Source: an uncultured cyanobacterium | GTDB lineage: Bacteria; Cyanobacteriota; Cyanobacteriia; Cyanobacteriales; CAWCAG01 | Assembly (NCBI GenBank): GCA_963793425.1 | Contig: CAWCAG010000007.1 | Span: 736,001 to 800,000 of the forward strand | Length of the DNA stretch: 64,000 bases | Direction: 5' to 3' | Shown here: positions 11,664 through 20,062 of the stretch, in pieces | Layout of the letters: the number at the start of each line of letters is the position of its first letter | Numbering within the stretch: the stretch's first letter is position 1 | Made by a program: the position numbers and the translations under genes | The notes under the pieces: model-generated | The model's database searches: none | Told to the model about the DNA's origin: nothing | The model's input: the letters and a program-made list of their open reading frames with translations, nothing else

Positions 11664-11685
11664 GACGCAGTACTACTACTGCGTC
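11664..11685. repeat. short perfect hairpin (REP-like) between serA and prmA
   Basis: GACGCAGTA-CTAC-TACTGCGTC. Confidence 0.5.
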
Positions 11686-11696
11686 ATCTCATTACA

Positions 11697-13277
11697 CTAA
11701 AGCGTTACCGTATAGGCATCCCGTATACCAGGAACTTTAGTGATTTCTGCTAAAATGCCCTCTGGTAAAGGATCATCCAAGCTCAAAGCCATCACAGCAT
11801 CCCCTCGGACAATTTTTCTGCCTACTTGCATACTGGCAATATTGACATTAAAACTGCCTAATAAAGAGCCGATCTTACCAATAATTCCTGGCATATCTCG
11901 GTGCAATGTGAACAACATATTGTCGCTAGGAGGAACATTGATGGGAAATTCATCAAGATTAGTAATTCGCATTTCTCCATCAGCTAATAATACCCCAGTA
12001 ACGGAATGTTCCCCTAAAGAGCCAAGGGCAGACAAATGGAGGGAACCAGAATAGTCTCGCACTTCAGCATCTCTGGTTTCAATAATTCTAATGCCTCGCT
12101 CTTTAGCTTCAATGCCCGCATTAACGTAGTTTACGCGCTCTCGCAAAGCTTGGGATAATAAACCTTTGAGAGACGCTATAACTAGAGGCTGACTTTGATT
12201 AGAAGCTAATTCTCCTTGCAAGTTCACCTTCAAAGATTCAATCCTGCCCCCGGCTAATTGTCCTACCAATTTACCGAGAGTTTCTGCTAATTGTAAGTAA
12301 GGACGTAACTTTTCCAGGACATCAGGGCTAAGTCCAGGAATATTCACCGCAGAACGGGCTGGAAGCCCCAAGAGGACATCGCGAATTTGCTCTGCAACAT
12401 CCATAGCTACGTTTACCTGTGCTTCTGTTGTTGAGGCTCCTAGATGGGGGGTGAGAATAACGTTAGAACTAAATTCCCTTAAAAGAGATTCTCCTAAAGG
12501 CTCTTCCTCAAAAACATCCAACGCTGCCCCAGCAATCGTTTCTGCCCTCAAAGCTTCCGCTAAAGCCACTTCATCAATAATACCGCCACGGGAACAGTTA
12601 ATGATCCGAGCATTAGGCTTCATTTTGCCTAAAGTTTCAGCGTTGATTAAATGAGTAGTTTCTTTGGTTTTAGGAACATGGAGAGTTATATAGTCCGCTT
12701 CAGAGAATAATAAATTCAAATCTACCAAACGGCAATTTAACTGTTCTGCTCTTTCAGCAGAAATAAAGGGATCGAAAGCCAGTAATTTCATGCCCATCGC
12801 CCGCGCAGCAGCAGCTACATGGGAACCAATTTTGCCTAAACCAACGATACCCAAAGTCTTTTTGTAGACTTCCGAACCAATAAAGCGTTTACGTTCCCAC
12901 TTACCACTTTTAACGGATTGGTTAGCGGAGGGAACCATCCGCGACAAAGACAGCATCATTGCTAAGGCGTGTTCAGCAGCAGCGATAGTGTTACCTTCTG
13001 GGGAATTAACTACCACAATACCTTGACGAGTTGCCGCAGGAATGTTGATATTATCAACCCCAACTCCGGCACGCCCAATAATTTTGAGGTTATTACTAGC
13101 TTCGATAACCTCTTGGGTTACCTTTGTGCCAGAACGAATCATTAAAGCATCATATTCTGGAATAGTTTTAACCAATTCTTCCGGAGATAAACCAAGTTTG
13201 ACATCAACTTGGGCAACTTGGGAGAGAATATCAATTCCAGCTTGATCGATTGAGTCAGAAACAAGAACCTTCGACAT
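11697..13277 (-). CDS. serA: D-3-phosphoglycerate dehydrogenase
   Basis: GRAGVGVDN, GLGKIG, TPHLGASTTEAQ, C-terminal ACT domain; ATG at 13277. Confidence 0.97.
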   Translation of the reverse strand: MSKVLVSDSIDQAGIDILSQVAQVDVKLGLSPEELVKTIPEYDALMIRSGTKVTQEVIEASNNLKIIGRAGVGVDNINIPAATRQGIVVVNSPEGNTIAAAEHALAMMLSLSRMVPSANQSVKSGKWERKRFIGSEVYKKTLGIVGLGKIGSHVAAAARAMGMKLLAFDPFISAERAEQLNCRLVDLNLLFSEADYITLHVPKTKETTHLINAETLGKMKPNARIINCSRGGIIDEVALAEALRAETIAGAALDVFEEEPLGESLLREFSSNVILTPHLGASTTEAQVNVAMDVAEQIRDVLLGLPARSAVNIPGLSPDVLEKLRPYLQLAETLGKLVGQLAGGRIESLKVNLQGELASNQSQPLVIASLKGLLSQALRERVNYVNAGIEAKERGIRIIETRDAEVRDYSGSLHLSALGSLGEHSVTGVLLADGEMRITNLDEFPINVPPSDNMLFTLHRDMPGIIGKIGSLLGSFNVNIASMQVGRKIVRGDAVMALSLDDPLPEGILAEITKVPGIRDAYTVTL

Positions 13278-13496
13278 ATTACCTAGACGGGTTGAGAGCA
13301 AGTTGTGTACAGTTTTTTTCAAGTTACTCTAATAACTTGAACAAGAGAAAGCCAAAATGTAAGTTGAAGATCAAAAAACCGCAGCAATAGCACATTTTCC
13401 CATCTCAATGCCCCCTTGAGATGAGATGATAGTCCTTGTTATGCTTCTAACACAATATTTTCTCGTCGTTGGGCTTCTCAAGGATTATTAAAAAGT

Positions 13497-14000
13497 ATGA
13501 ACTATCTCGTTGCTGTACTACCAGATCGCTTGGAGGCAGAAGAAGCCTACACTGTCTTAGAAAAAGCTGGTTTTTCTTCCCAGGCAGTTAGTATCTTGGG
13601 GAGAGGTTACAAAAGTGCTGATGAATTTGGCTTTCTTAACCCCAACACTCAAGCAAAAAAAAGAGCGCGGCTTATGGCAGTTTGGGTAGTGCCTTTTGGC
13701 TTTGCTGCTGGCTTTGCTTTTAACTCCATCACTAAAATTGATATCGTCAGCGGCATTGGAAATTTAGGCAATCATGTTATCGGTGGCATCTTCGGTGCGA
13801 TCGCCGGAGCAATGGGTAGCGTTTTCGTTGGCGGTGGAGTAGGTTTATCATTAGGAAGCGGCGACGCACTACCCTACCGCAATCGTCTTAATGAGGGCAA
13901 ATATCTCATTGTTGTCCAAGGTACAGAACAAAAAGTCGATGGCTCAGTATCTATTTTGCAGAAATTTAACCCAGAGGAGATGCAGGGATATAGTGATTAG
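13497..14000 (+). CDS. conserved cyanobacterial membrane protein
   Basis: Two glycine-rich hydrophobic segments; YRNRLNEGKYLIVV. Confidence 0.75.
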   Translation: MNYLVAVLPDRLEAEEAYTVLEKAGFSSQAVSILGRGYKSADEFGFLNPNTQAKKRARLMAVWVVPFGFAAGFAFNSITKIDIVSGIGNLGNHVIGGIFGAIAGAMGSVFVGGGVGLSLGSGDALPYRNRLNEGKYLIVVQGTEQKVDGSVSILQKFNPEEMQGYSD

Positions 14001-14005
14001 GAGAT

Positions 14006-14056
14006 GGGGATCTGGGGAGCTGGGGAGCTAGGGAGCTGGGGAGCTGGGGAGTTAGG
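14006..14056. repeat. short tandem repeat (GGGAGCT[G/A])n
   Basis: About 6 degenerate 8-nt units. Confidence 0.8.
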
Positions 14057-14120
14057 AAGAAAACTAACTACAATCATTGATAAATGTTAAATGTTAAATG
14101 AAAAGATGTTAAATGAAAAG

Positions 14121-14900
14121 ATGTTACCTAGAGAAGAACTATTAAAAGGAGTTGAAGATCGCGAGAGTATTGCTCGTGTTCTTGATTTAGCTGAACGTTC
14201 TGTTAAAAATTGGGAAATCTCCTTAACTAATTTTTTATCTCCTCCTGCTTTAGCAGAAGTAGAACGCATTTTTAATCGCTTAACAGAAGTACAAATGGTG
14301 GTTTGGGGTGGGTATCCTCAAGCAGAACGACAAAGAGTAGGTATAGCCCGTGAAGAAGTTCCCCCTGATATTAGTCAGGTTGAGCTACAAGTCCTCGATA
14401 TTGCCGGAAACTTCCTTTTTGACCCAGCTAACCACCGAGACTTTTTAGGAGCTATTTTGGGTACAGGAGTAGTTAGAGAAAAAGTAGGGGACATCATCGT
14501 TTTGGGAGAACGAGGGGCCCAAGTTGTTGTTGTACCAGAATTGGGAGAATTTTTGGAAACGGCTTTAATGCAAGTACGCTCTGTCCCTGTTAAAACGAAA
14601 CGGATTGAACTGAATGAACTTAAGATTAGACCCCCGAAAAAGAAAGAATTAACTACCGTAGAAGCTTCTTTGCGTTTAGATGCGATCGCCTCTGCGGGTT
14701 TGGGTCTGTCTCGTAGTAAGATGGCTGAAGCGATTAGTTCTGGAGATGTGCGGGTTAACTGGAAAGATATCAAACAACCCAGTCATAATGTCGAATCAGG
14801 AGACTTGATTTCTGTACGAGGTAAAGGGCGTTTGGAAGTGGGAGATGTGACGATAACGAAGAAAAAGCGCTATAGAGTTAATTTAGTGCGTTTCAAGTGA
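14121..14900 (+). CDS. photosystem II S4 domain protein (YlmH/Sll1252 family)
   Basis: MLPREELL start, HRDFLGAILGTG, SLRLDAIASAG, S4 domain; upstream 15-nt duplication ATGTTAAATGAAAAG extends the ORF artificially. Confidence 0.92.
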   Translation: MLPREELLKGVEDRESIARVLDLAERSVKNWEISLTNFLSPPALAEVERIFNRLTEVQMVVWGGYPQAERQRVGIAREEVPPDISQVELQVLDIAGNFLFDPANHRDFLGAILGTGVVREKVGDIIVLGERGAQVVVVPELGEFLETALMQVRSVPVKTKRIELNELKIRPPKKKELTTVEASLRLDAIASAGLGLSRSKMAEAISSGDVRVNWKDIKQPSHNVESGDLISVRGKGRLEVGDVTITKKKRYRVNLVRFK

Positions 14901-14923
14901 TAGATGCAACCAGCGGAACTTTG

Positions 14924-15520
14924 TTAAAAAACGTTTTCTTCCTGGAGAACTTTGTTACCCTGCATAACTGTTAAGGCTGCACCATTAACGATGTAAGTAT
15001 AATCTCCATTTTCAGCGACATAACCTGTTCCCTCTTCAGTGTAAGCAGGAAGATTGATGAAGCTACTATCCTTTTTGCTAACGCCGTGGTAATAAAGTCT
15101 ATCAATGTCACAAATATAAATGTAGAAGTTTTTCGTTTCATAGAAAGCAACTTGAGGCCCTCCTCCGGCTCGATCTGGGCAAAATTCCGAGCTTGCTGAG
15201 GCTGTTGTTTTTTGTGGGGTTACTTTTTGGGCTACTGGGGAGGGTATAGGGGCTGGTATAGAGGCTTTCTGAGGTGCGGGGGCAGATGCGGGTGCGGGCG
15301 CTGTTTGTGTGGCTGGTGTGGCTGGTGCGGGTACGGCTGCTTGATTAGTTGGGGAAGGAGATTCTTGGGCTTCTTGAACTTCTTGTGTTGCTTCTGTTGC
15401 TTCTGTTTGAATAGCAGCTTGTTGCGGAGCATCAGGTTTGCTCATTACAAAACCCATAATAACAGCAGCGCCGATTAATCCACCAGCGATGAGACTACCG
15501 AGAATGATATTTTTGTTCAT
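14924..15520 (-). CDS. exported protein with Pro/Ala-rich linker and one C-terminal beta-rich domain
   Basis: N-terminal hydrophobic anchor; paralogous to 15576-16355. Confidence 0.75.
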   Translation of the reverse strand: MNKNIILGSLIAGGLIGAAVIMGFVMSKPDAPQQAAIQTEATEATQEVQEAQESPSPTNQAAVPAPATPATQTAPAPASAPAPQKASIPAPIPSPVAQKVTPQKTTASASSEFCPDRAGGGPQVAFYETKNFYIYICDIDRLYYHGVSKKDSSFINLPAYTEEGTGYVAENGDYTYIVNGAALTVMQGNKVLQEENVF

Positions 15521-15575
15521 TTTTTTGATTTAATTGAGTTACTTGGTGATTATGACTTGGGTTTTCCCCAAAAGC

Positions 15576-16355
15576 TTATAAGACAGGTTGAGAAAGGATT
15601 TCTTTACCATTATCTAGCACAGTTAAGGAAGAGTCGTTGATGATGTAAGTTATCTTGCCGTTAGCTGCCACGTAACCTGCACCATTGCGATAGGTAGCAG
15701 GTAAAGTTATGGCATTACCATTCTTTTTATCAACACCGTGGTAGAAAATTTCTCCATCCCCGCCACAGAGATAAACATTAAATCCTTTAGTTTCATAGGA
15801 TTCAATTTGAGGTGTTCCCCCAGCAGCATCGGGGCAATAAGCTTGAGTATTTTCAGTTTCTGAATCTGAGGCAGAAATGACAGCTTGGTTAAGGATTTCC
15901 TTGCCGTTATCTAATACAGTTAGGGAAGATTCGTTGATGATGTAAGTCGTTTTGCCATTAACTGCTACATAACCTGCGCCGTTGCGATAAGTTGCAGGTA
16001 AAGTTATCGCATTACTACTCTTTTTATCAACGCCGTTGTAGTAAATATCGCCATCTCTGCCGCAAATAGAAACTTCAAAGCCTTTGGTTTCATAATAAGC
16101 AATAGTTGGTCTTGCGCCCACTGCGTTGGTACAAACTTCTGTTTCTGTTTGGCTAACGCTGTTACTAGCAACATTTTCCTGTGCAGATGTAGAAGCAGCA
16201 GGGGCAGGAGATTCTTGAGTTGTGGTAGTATTTGCTTCTTCTGTAGTTGCTGGTTCTACTACCTGTTCCGAGGTTGTATTACCGCAACAAGTAAGCAAGG
16301 AAATACAAATGAATCCTCCTGCTAAGAGACTACCGAAAATAATCTTTTTGTTCAT
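15576..16355 (-). CDS. putative lipoprotein with two tandem ~100-aa repeats
   Basis: LLTCC lipobox-like; YETK.F...C...YY.GVDKK..NAITLPATYRNGAGYVA occurs twice. Confidence 0.75.
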   Translation of the reverse strand: MNKKIIFGSLLAGGFICISLLTCCGNTTSEQVVEPATTEEANTTTTQESPAPAASTSAQENVASNSVSQTETEVCTNAVGARPTIAYYETKGFEVSICGRDGDIYYNGVDKKSSNAITLPATYRNGAGYVAVNGKTTYIINESSLTVLDNGKEILNQAVISASDSETENTQAYCPDAAGGTPQIESYETKGFNVYLCGGDGEIFYHGVDKKNGNAITLPATYRNGAGYVAANGKITYIINDSSLTVLDNGKEILSQPVL

Positions 16356-16468
16356 ATGGATGAGCTTCCAGATTGATGATTCTTACTTTCAAGCTTCTAC
16401 AAAAACTCATAAGAGTTTTCCGCAAGTACTCTCCGAAATTGGCTGTATTGTTTCAGGTATTTTCAATG

Positions 16469-16762
16469 TCAAAAGCTTACAACTTCGTAATGTTCCACTG
16501 TTGGGAATGGTTCATAAAAATGATGTAGCAAAGAACGCCATTGTTGATACTCCGGCGACTGTCGAAAGCCAATTGTATGATCTTCCAACTTTTGCCAGCA
16601 TACAAGCAGAATATATCGGTTGGCTGTTTCTATACAACGCTGAAGTTCGTGGGAAATGTATCCCGGCATCGAAGCAATGATATTTGAGGCAGTTTTAAAA
16701 GCAGTTTCAAATTCAGCACTCAAACTGGGTTTGATATTGAGAATAGCAACTTCTAAGATCAT
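16469..16762 (-). CDS. antibiotic biosynthesis monooxygenase (ABM) family protein
   Basis: MILEVAILNIK, GYISHEL, HTIGFRQS; ATGA overlap with upstream gene. Confidence 0.9.
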   Translation of the reverse strand: MILEVAILNIKPSLSAEFETAFKTASNIIASMPGYISHELQRCIETANRYILLVCWQKLEDHTIGFRQSPEYQQWRSLLHHFYEPFPTVEHYEVVSF

Positions 16763-17307
16763 GATTGAATATTCAATAAAAGTAACTGGCATAAAAACTC
16801 TGCGGCGGTGCAACGAGAGCGACATCCGGGGGCAGAAAGACACCATCCTTGAATCTTCTGGGGCGATCGCCAAAGTTCTAAATGTTCTACCCCTGGATCA
16901 GCATAAAAACTCTCTTCTCCTCCCCCCAACAAAGCAGAACTCCAGTGGGTAAAATAATCATGGCTAAGGCGATAAATTGGGAAATTTCCCCATAGGGGCA
17001 TCCCCCAGCCATCCAAGGCGATGAAAGCTTGTATTACCCCACCCTCATTTTGCCAGGTTTGAGCAGCCCCAAATGCTCCCACAACCCCGGCACTGAAGGA
17101 AATCAATACAATCGGTGAAGCGGTTTTAGGTAAACCGAAGTGAGTTTTTAAAAACTCCTCAATGTTTTTAGTTGAGTAAGCAGGATAGTTTTGGGTAGGA
17201 AAGACTACTGCATTTACCCATAAATCAGGTTTTGATTGCTCTAACCCTCGCAAAAAACTAGCTGTTAACTGAGGAGAGTGAATTCCTGGACAGATAGCTA
17301 TATTCAT
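16759..17307 (-). CDS. conserved cyanobacterial alpha/beta-hydrolase-like protein
   Basis: ICPGIH, SFSAGVVGA, DGWG.PL, SHDYFTHWSS; ATG at 17307. Confidence 0.75.
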   Translation of the reverse strand: MNIAICPGIHSPQLTASFLRGLEQSKPDLWVNAVVFPTQNYPAYSTKNIEEFLKTHFGLPKTASPIVLISFSAGVVGAFGAAQTWQNEGGVIQAFIALDGWGMPLWGNFPIYRLSHDYFTHWSSALLGGGEESFYADPGVEHLELWRSPQKIQGWCLSAPGCRSRCTAAEFLCQLLLLNIQS

Positions 17308-17343
17308 ACCAAATCGGTGTTGAGTCGCATAACTTAATTTATT

Positions 17344-17386
17344 AGGGTAGGGAGTAGGGAGTAGGGAGTAGGGAGCAGGGAGTAGG
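17344..17386. repeat. STRR heptamer tract (GGGAGTA)n
   Basis: About 6 heptamer units; the same family occurs at 129-158, 55254-55282 and near 60337. Confidence 0.85.
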
Positions 17387-17465
17387 CAGCAAGGGTTAAA
17401 AACTTTATTGATCAAATTCTCCAATAAGTAGTCCAATATTGGTAGGCTGTTAAACTGCAATTCCC

Positions 17466-19364
17466 TTACTTTCTCAAATCCCGAAACTGAGAATTTTTTA
17501 CTTTAGCAAGACTAAGATTAGTATCACAAAGATTTGTACCACTCAAATTAACTTCATCGAAGATTGTATCCTTAAGGTTTGCTTCAGCTAGGTTTGCACC
17601 AATCAGACTAGCTTTTTTGAACTTTGCTCCTGTTAAGTTCGCCCCCTTAAGATTGGCATAGTGTAGTTTAGTTTTGTACAATAGGGCATTTTCTAAGTTA
17701 GCCCCTTCAATGTTAGCGTTGCTTAAGTTAGCATTACTCAAATCTGCATTACTCAAATCTGCATTGCTTAAATTCGCCTTGCTTAAATCCGCAGCATCTA
17801 AGCTGGCATGATGCAAACTACTATGGTTTAAATTAGTGCCTAAGAGAGTGGCACGGCGCAGCTTGGCATTGTTTAATTGAGCATAACTCAAATTAGCCTG
17901 ATTTAGTTCCGCACGACGTAAGTCTGCACCGTTGAGTTTAGCAGAACTTAAATCAGTTTTGTGCATACGAGCAATGGTTAACTGAGCGCCTTCAAGCACA
18001 GCAAAGCTTAAGTTAGCTTCGCTTAATTTGCCCAGCCTCAAGTCAGCATTACGAAAGTCCTTTTCTCTTAAATCAGCTTTGCGATAGTCTCTACCTTTTA
18101 GTTGGGGAAAGATACGATAACTATTTTTTTCTGGATTAGTTTTTACTAAGTTATACTCAATATTTTCAGCATAAATAGCAAAGACAAGCTCAAAGGTTTC
18201 TAGGAAACGAATAAAGCTTTGACATTCTTCTTCAGGAAGGTATTCGTGGTACTTAATTAAACGAGCGATGTTAAGCTCAATTTTACTTTGTACTTGCTGG
18301 CAAATTAGAACTATTTTCAGCAGGGTAATGGTTATTGCCATACTGCCATTTTGAATGAGCAGCAAAGTAAAAAGATAGGAAGGTGTTTCTCCATCTTCTG
18401 TCATCAATAGAGCAACTAATTTTTCACAGGTACGCAACAATAACTGAGAATTCAAAGAGTCGTGATCGCGCCTTTCATAAAGCTTGTCTAAATAACTAGC
18501 AATTTTCTCTTCTAAGGTTTTTCCTGATTCTCCTTTTTTCAAAGAAAAATTGAGATATCTTTTCAGAGCTTGCTTAAAATTGTAATAGGTTAAATTTTGG
18601 GTTTGCTTTAAGAAGATACGAGCATAATTTTCATAGCTAAATTTAGCTTTGGTTTTAAAGAGTTTCTTTAATAGCCTATTTTTCCTCGCATCTTTTTTAC
18701 TTACATCAGTCTGAGTCTTTTTATGAAAACGGCTGGCGTAGCGAGAAAGTTCTAAATTGAATTTATTTTTTAAAGTAATTGCTAAATTCTTCGCCGCTTC
18801 CCTTTGTTCCTGAGATTTATTAAGATCGAGATATTGGGGAGCTAACAAATGAGCAGTATAATGGCTTAGCCAATGAGAACTATGCTCAGAAGTGAATATT
18901 TTTAGTTCTTGATAACTTTCGCTTTTGACAAACTCACCCAACCAAACCCTTAATAAATTCTGACTAGAAGAACGCGGGGCCGGTAAAGATTTTAAGTTTT
19001 CAAAAAGCTGCATCAACTGTTGTAAGCATTGATGTTTGTGATTAATGTTCCAGTTATTGACAATAATATAACAAACGCGCTTCAGAGTATTAATAAACTC
19101 TTCTTTGTGATAAGCATTAAAGATAATTTCCCGTAAAGAGGCTATTAAAGTTAAATCAGTAGTTTTTTCTCGATCTCCCCAAAAGAATAAATCCTCAAAA
19201 TACTGTAGGGTAGTTTCGGGAAGATCGTGGTTAACCGAATCGCGAAAAAACTGATAAATATATTTTTGAGCTTTGTCTAAATTTGCTGGAGTTGCTTTAT
19301 TTTGATTAAAAGTAGAATTATCCTCAACAGTAGCAGCATCAAACGGAAGATTATCTGGACTCAT
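17466..19364 (-). CDS. pentapeptide-repeat protein with large N-terminal helical domain
   Basis: C-terminal ~200 aa of A(N/D)LS.-type pentapeptide repeats. Confidence 0.85.
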   Translation of the reverse strand: MSPDNLPFDAATVEDNSTFNQNKATPANLDKAQKYIYQFFRDSVNHDLPETTLQYFEDLFFWGDREKTTDLTLIASLREIIFNAYHKEEFINTLKRVCYIIVNNWNINHKHQCLQQLMQLFENLKSLPAPRSSSQNLLRVWLGEFVKSESYQELKIFTSEHSSHWLSHYTAHLLAPQYLDLNKSQEQREAAKNLAITLKNKFNLELSRYASRFHKKTQTDVSKKDARKNRLLKKLFKTKAKFSYENYARIFLKQTQNLTYYNFKQALKRYLNFSLKKGESGKTLEEKIASYLDKLYERRDHDSLNSQLLLRTCEKLVALLMTEDGETPSYLFTLLLIQNGSMAITITLLKIVLICQQVQSKIELNIARLIKYHEYLPEEECQSFIRFLETFELVFAIYAENIEYNLVKTNPEKNSYRIFPQLKGRDYRKADLREKDFRNADLRLGKLSEANLSFAVLEGAQLTIARMHKTDLSSAKLNGADLRRAELNQANLSYAQLNNAKLRRATLLGTNLNHSSLHHASLDAADLSKANLSNADLSNADLSNANLSNANIEGANLENALLYKTKLHYANLKGANLTGAKFKKASLIGANLAEANLKDTIFDEVNLSGTNLCDTNLSLAKVKNSQFRDLRK

Positions 19365-19530
19365 TTCTCTATCTCAAGGTATAAATGCACCTTTTTCTTG
19401 TTAAGAAGCTAGCCTTTTTAGTCTAACTAAATTAGCAAATAATTAAATTGTGGTCAAATTTTGCTTGTTGTATAAAAACTTGTTTGTCTTGACTATAAGG
19501 CGATTCCCTTCTTCCTCAAATGCCACAAAA

Positions 19531-19806
19531 CTATTGATATGTTCTCCCGTTATGCTTAATCCATCCTCCCACATGACTCTGAGTCGGATCGTGATGAGTC
19601 CAGTGTATGATGCCGCCTTGAGCATTCCACTCATATTCACCAAAGAAGATAACAGAATCACCAACTTGAAGTGAGTTGATTCTAGAAGCTATGTCAATAT
19701 TATGGGCAATTAATAAGGTTTGTCCAGAACTAAGCTTAATAATAAATCGCTGGTGTTTACTACCATTAAGATCATCTGCAAGAAGTTTAGTAACAATTCC
19801 TAACCT
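19531..19806 (-). pseudogene. 5'-truncated DUF3465 family gene (not in ORF track)
   Basis: Manual translation GIVTKLLADDLNGSKHQRFIIKLSSGQTLLIAHNIDIASRINSLQVGDSVIFFGEYEWNAQGGIIHWTHHDPTQSHVGGWIKHNGRTYQ*; in-frame TAA at 19807-19809, no start codon. Confidence 0.8.
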
Positions 19807-19832
19807 TTATTGTTCCCAGCGAAAAGCAATTT

Positions 19833-19988
19833 TTAATTAAGTTCTGCTTTAGAGAAAGCTTCTTCTGGTGAGTCGGCACGAACGAGAGTAATGTTAACAT
19901 GAATAACATTGCGTGAATCTCCCTCAATTTTGCACTCCATTATTAGTTCGGCAAGATACCATTTAGCATCTTGGGGAATGTAGGTCAT
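19833..19988 (-). pseudogene. 3'-truncated DUF4288 family gene (not in ORF track)
   Basis: MTYIPQDAKWYLAELIMECKIEGDSRNVIHVNITLVRADSPEEAFSKAELN*; stops after 51 aa. Confidence 0.65.
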
Positions 19989-20062
19989 TTTGGTTGTTGT
20001 CAGTGTTCAAGTTTATGAGAATTGATTTTGGTTGTTATTTTAGGAGGTGTCTATACTAACAG

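Noticed and set aside
14084..14120. N-terminal extension MLNEKMLNEK of the S4 protein
   Set aside because: Produced by a 15-nt tandem duplication upstream of the conserved MLPREELL start.
19443..19674. 73-aa and 74-aa ORFs in the track
   Set aside because: Alternative frames over the DUF3465 fragment, which is the frame with recognisable motifs.
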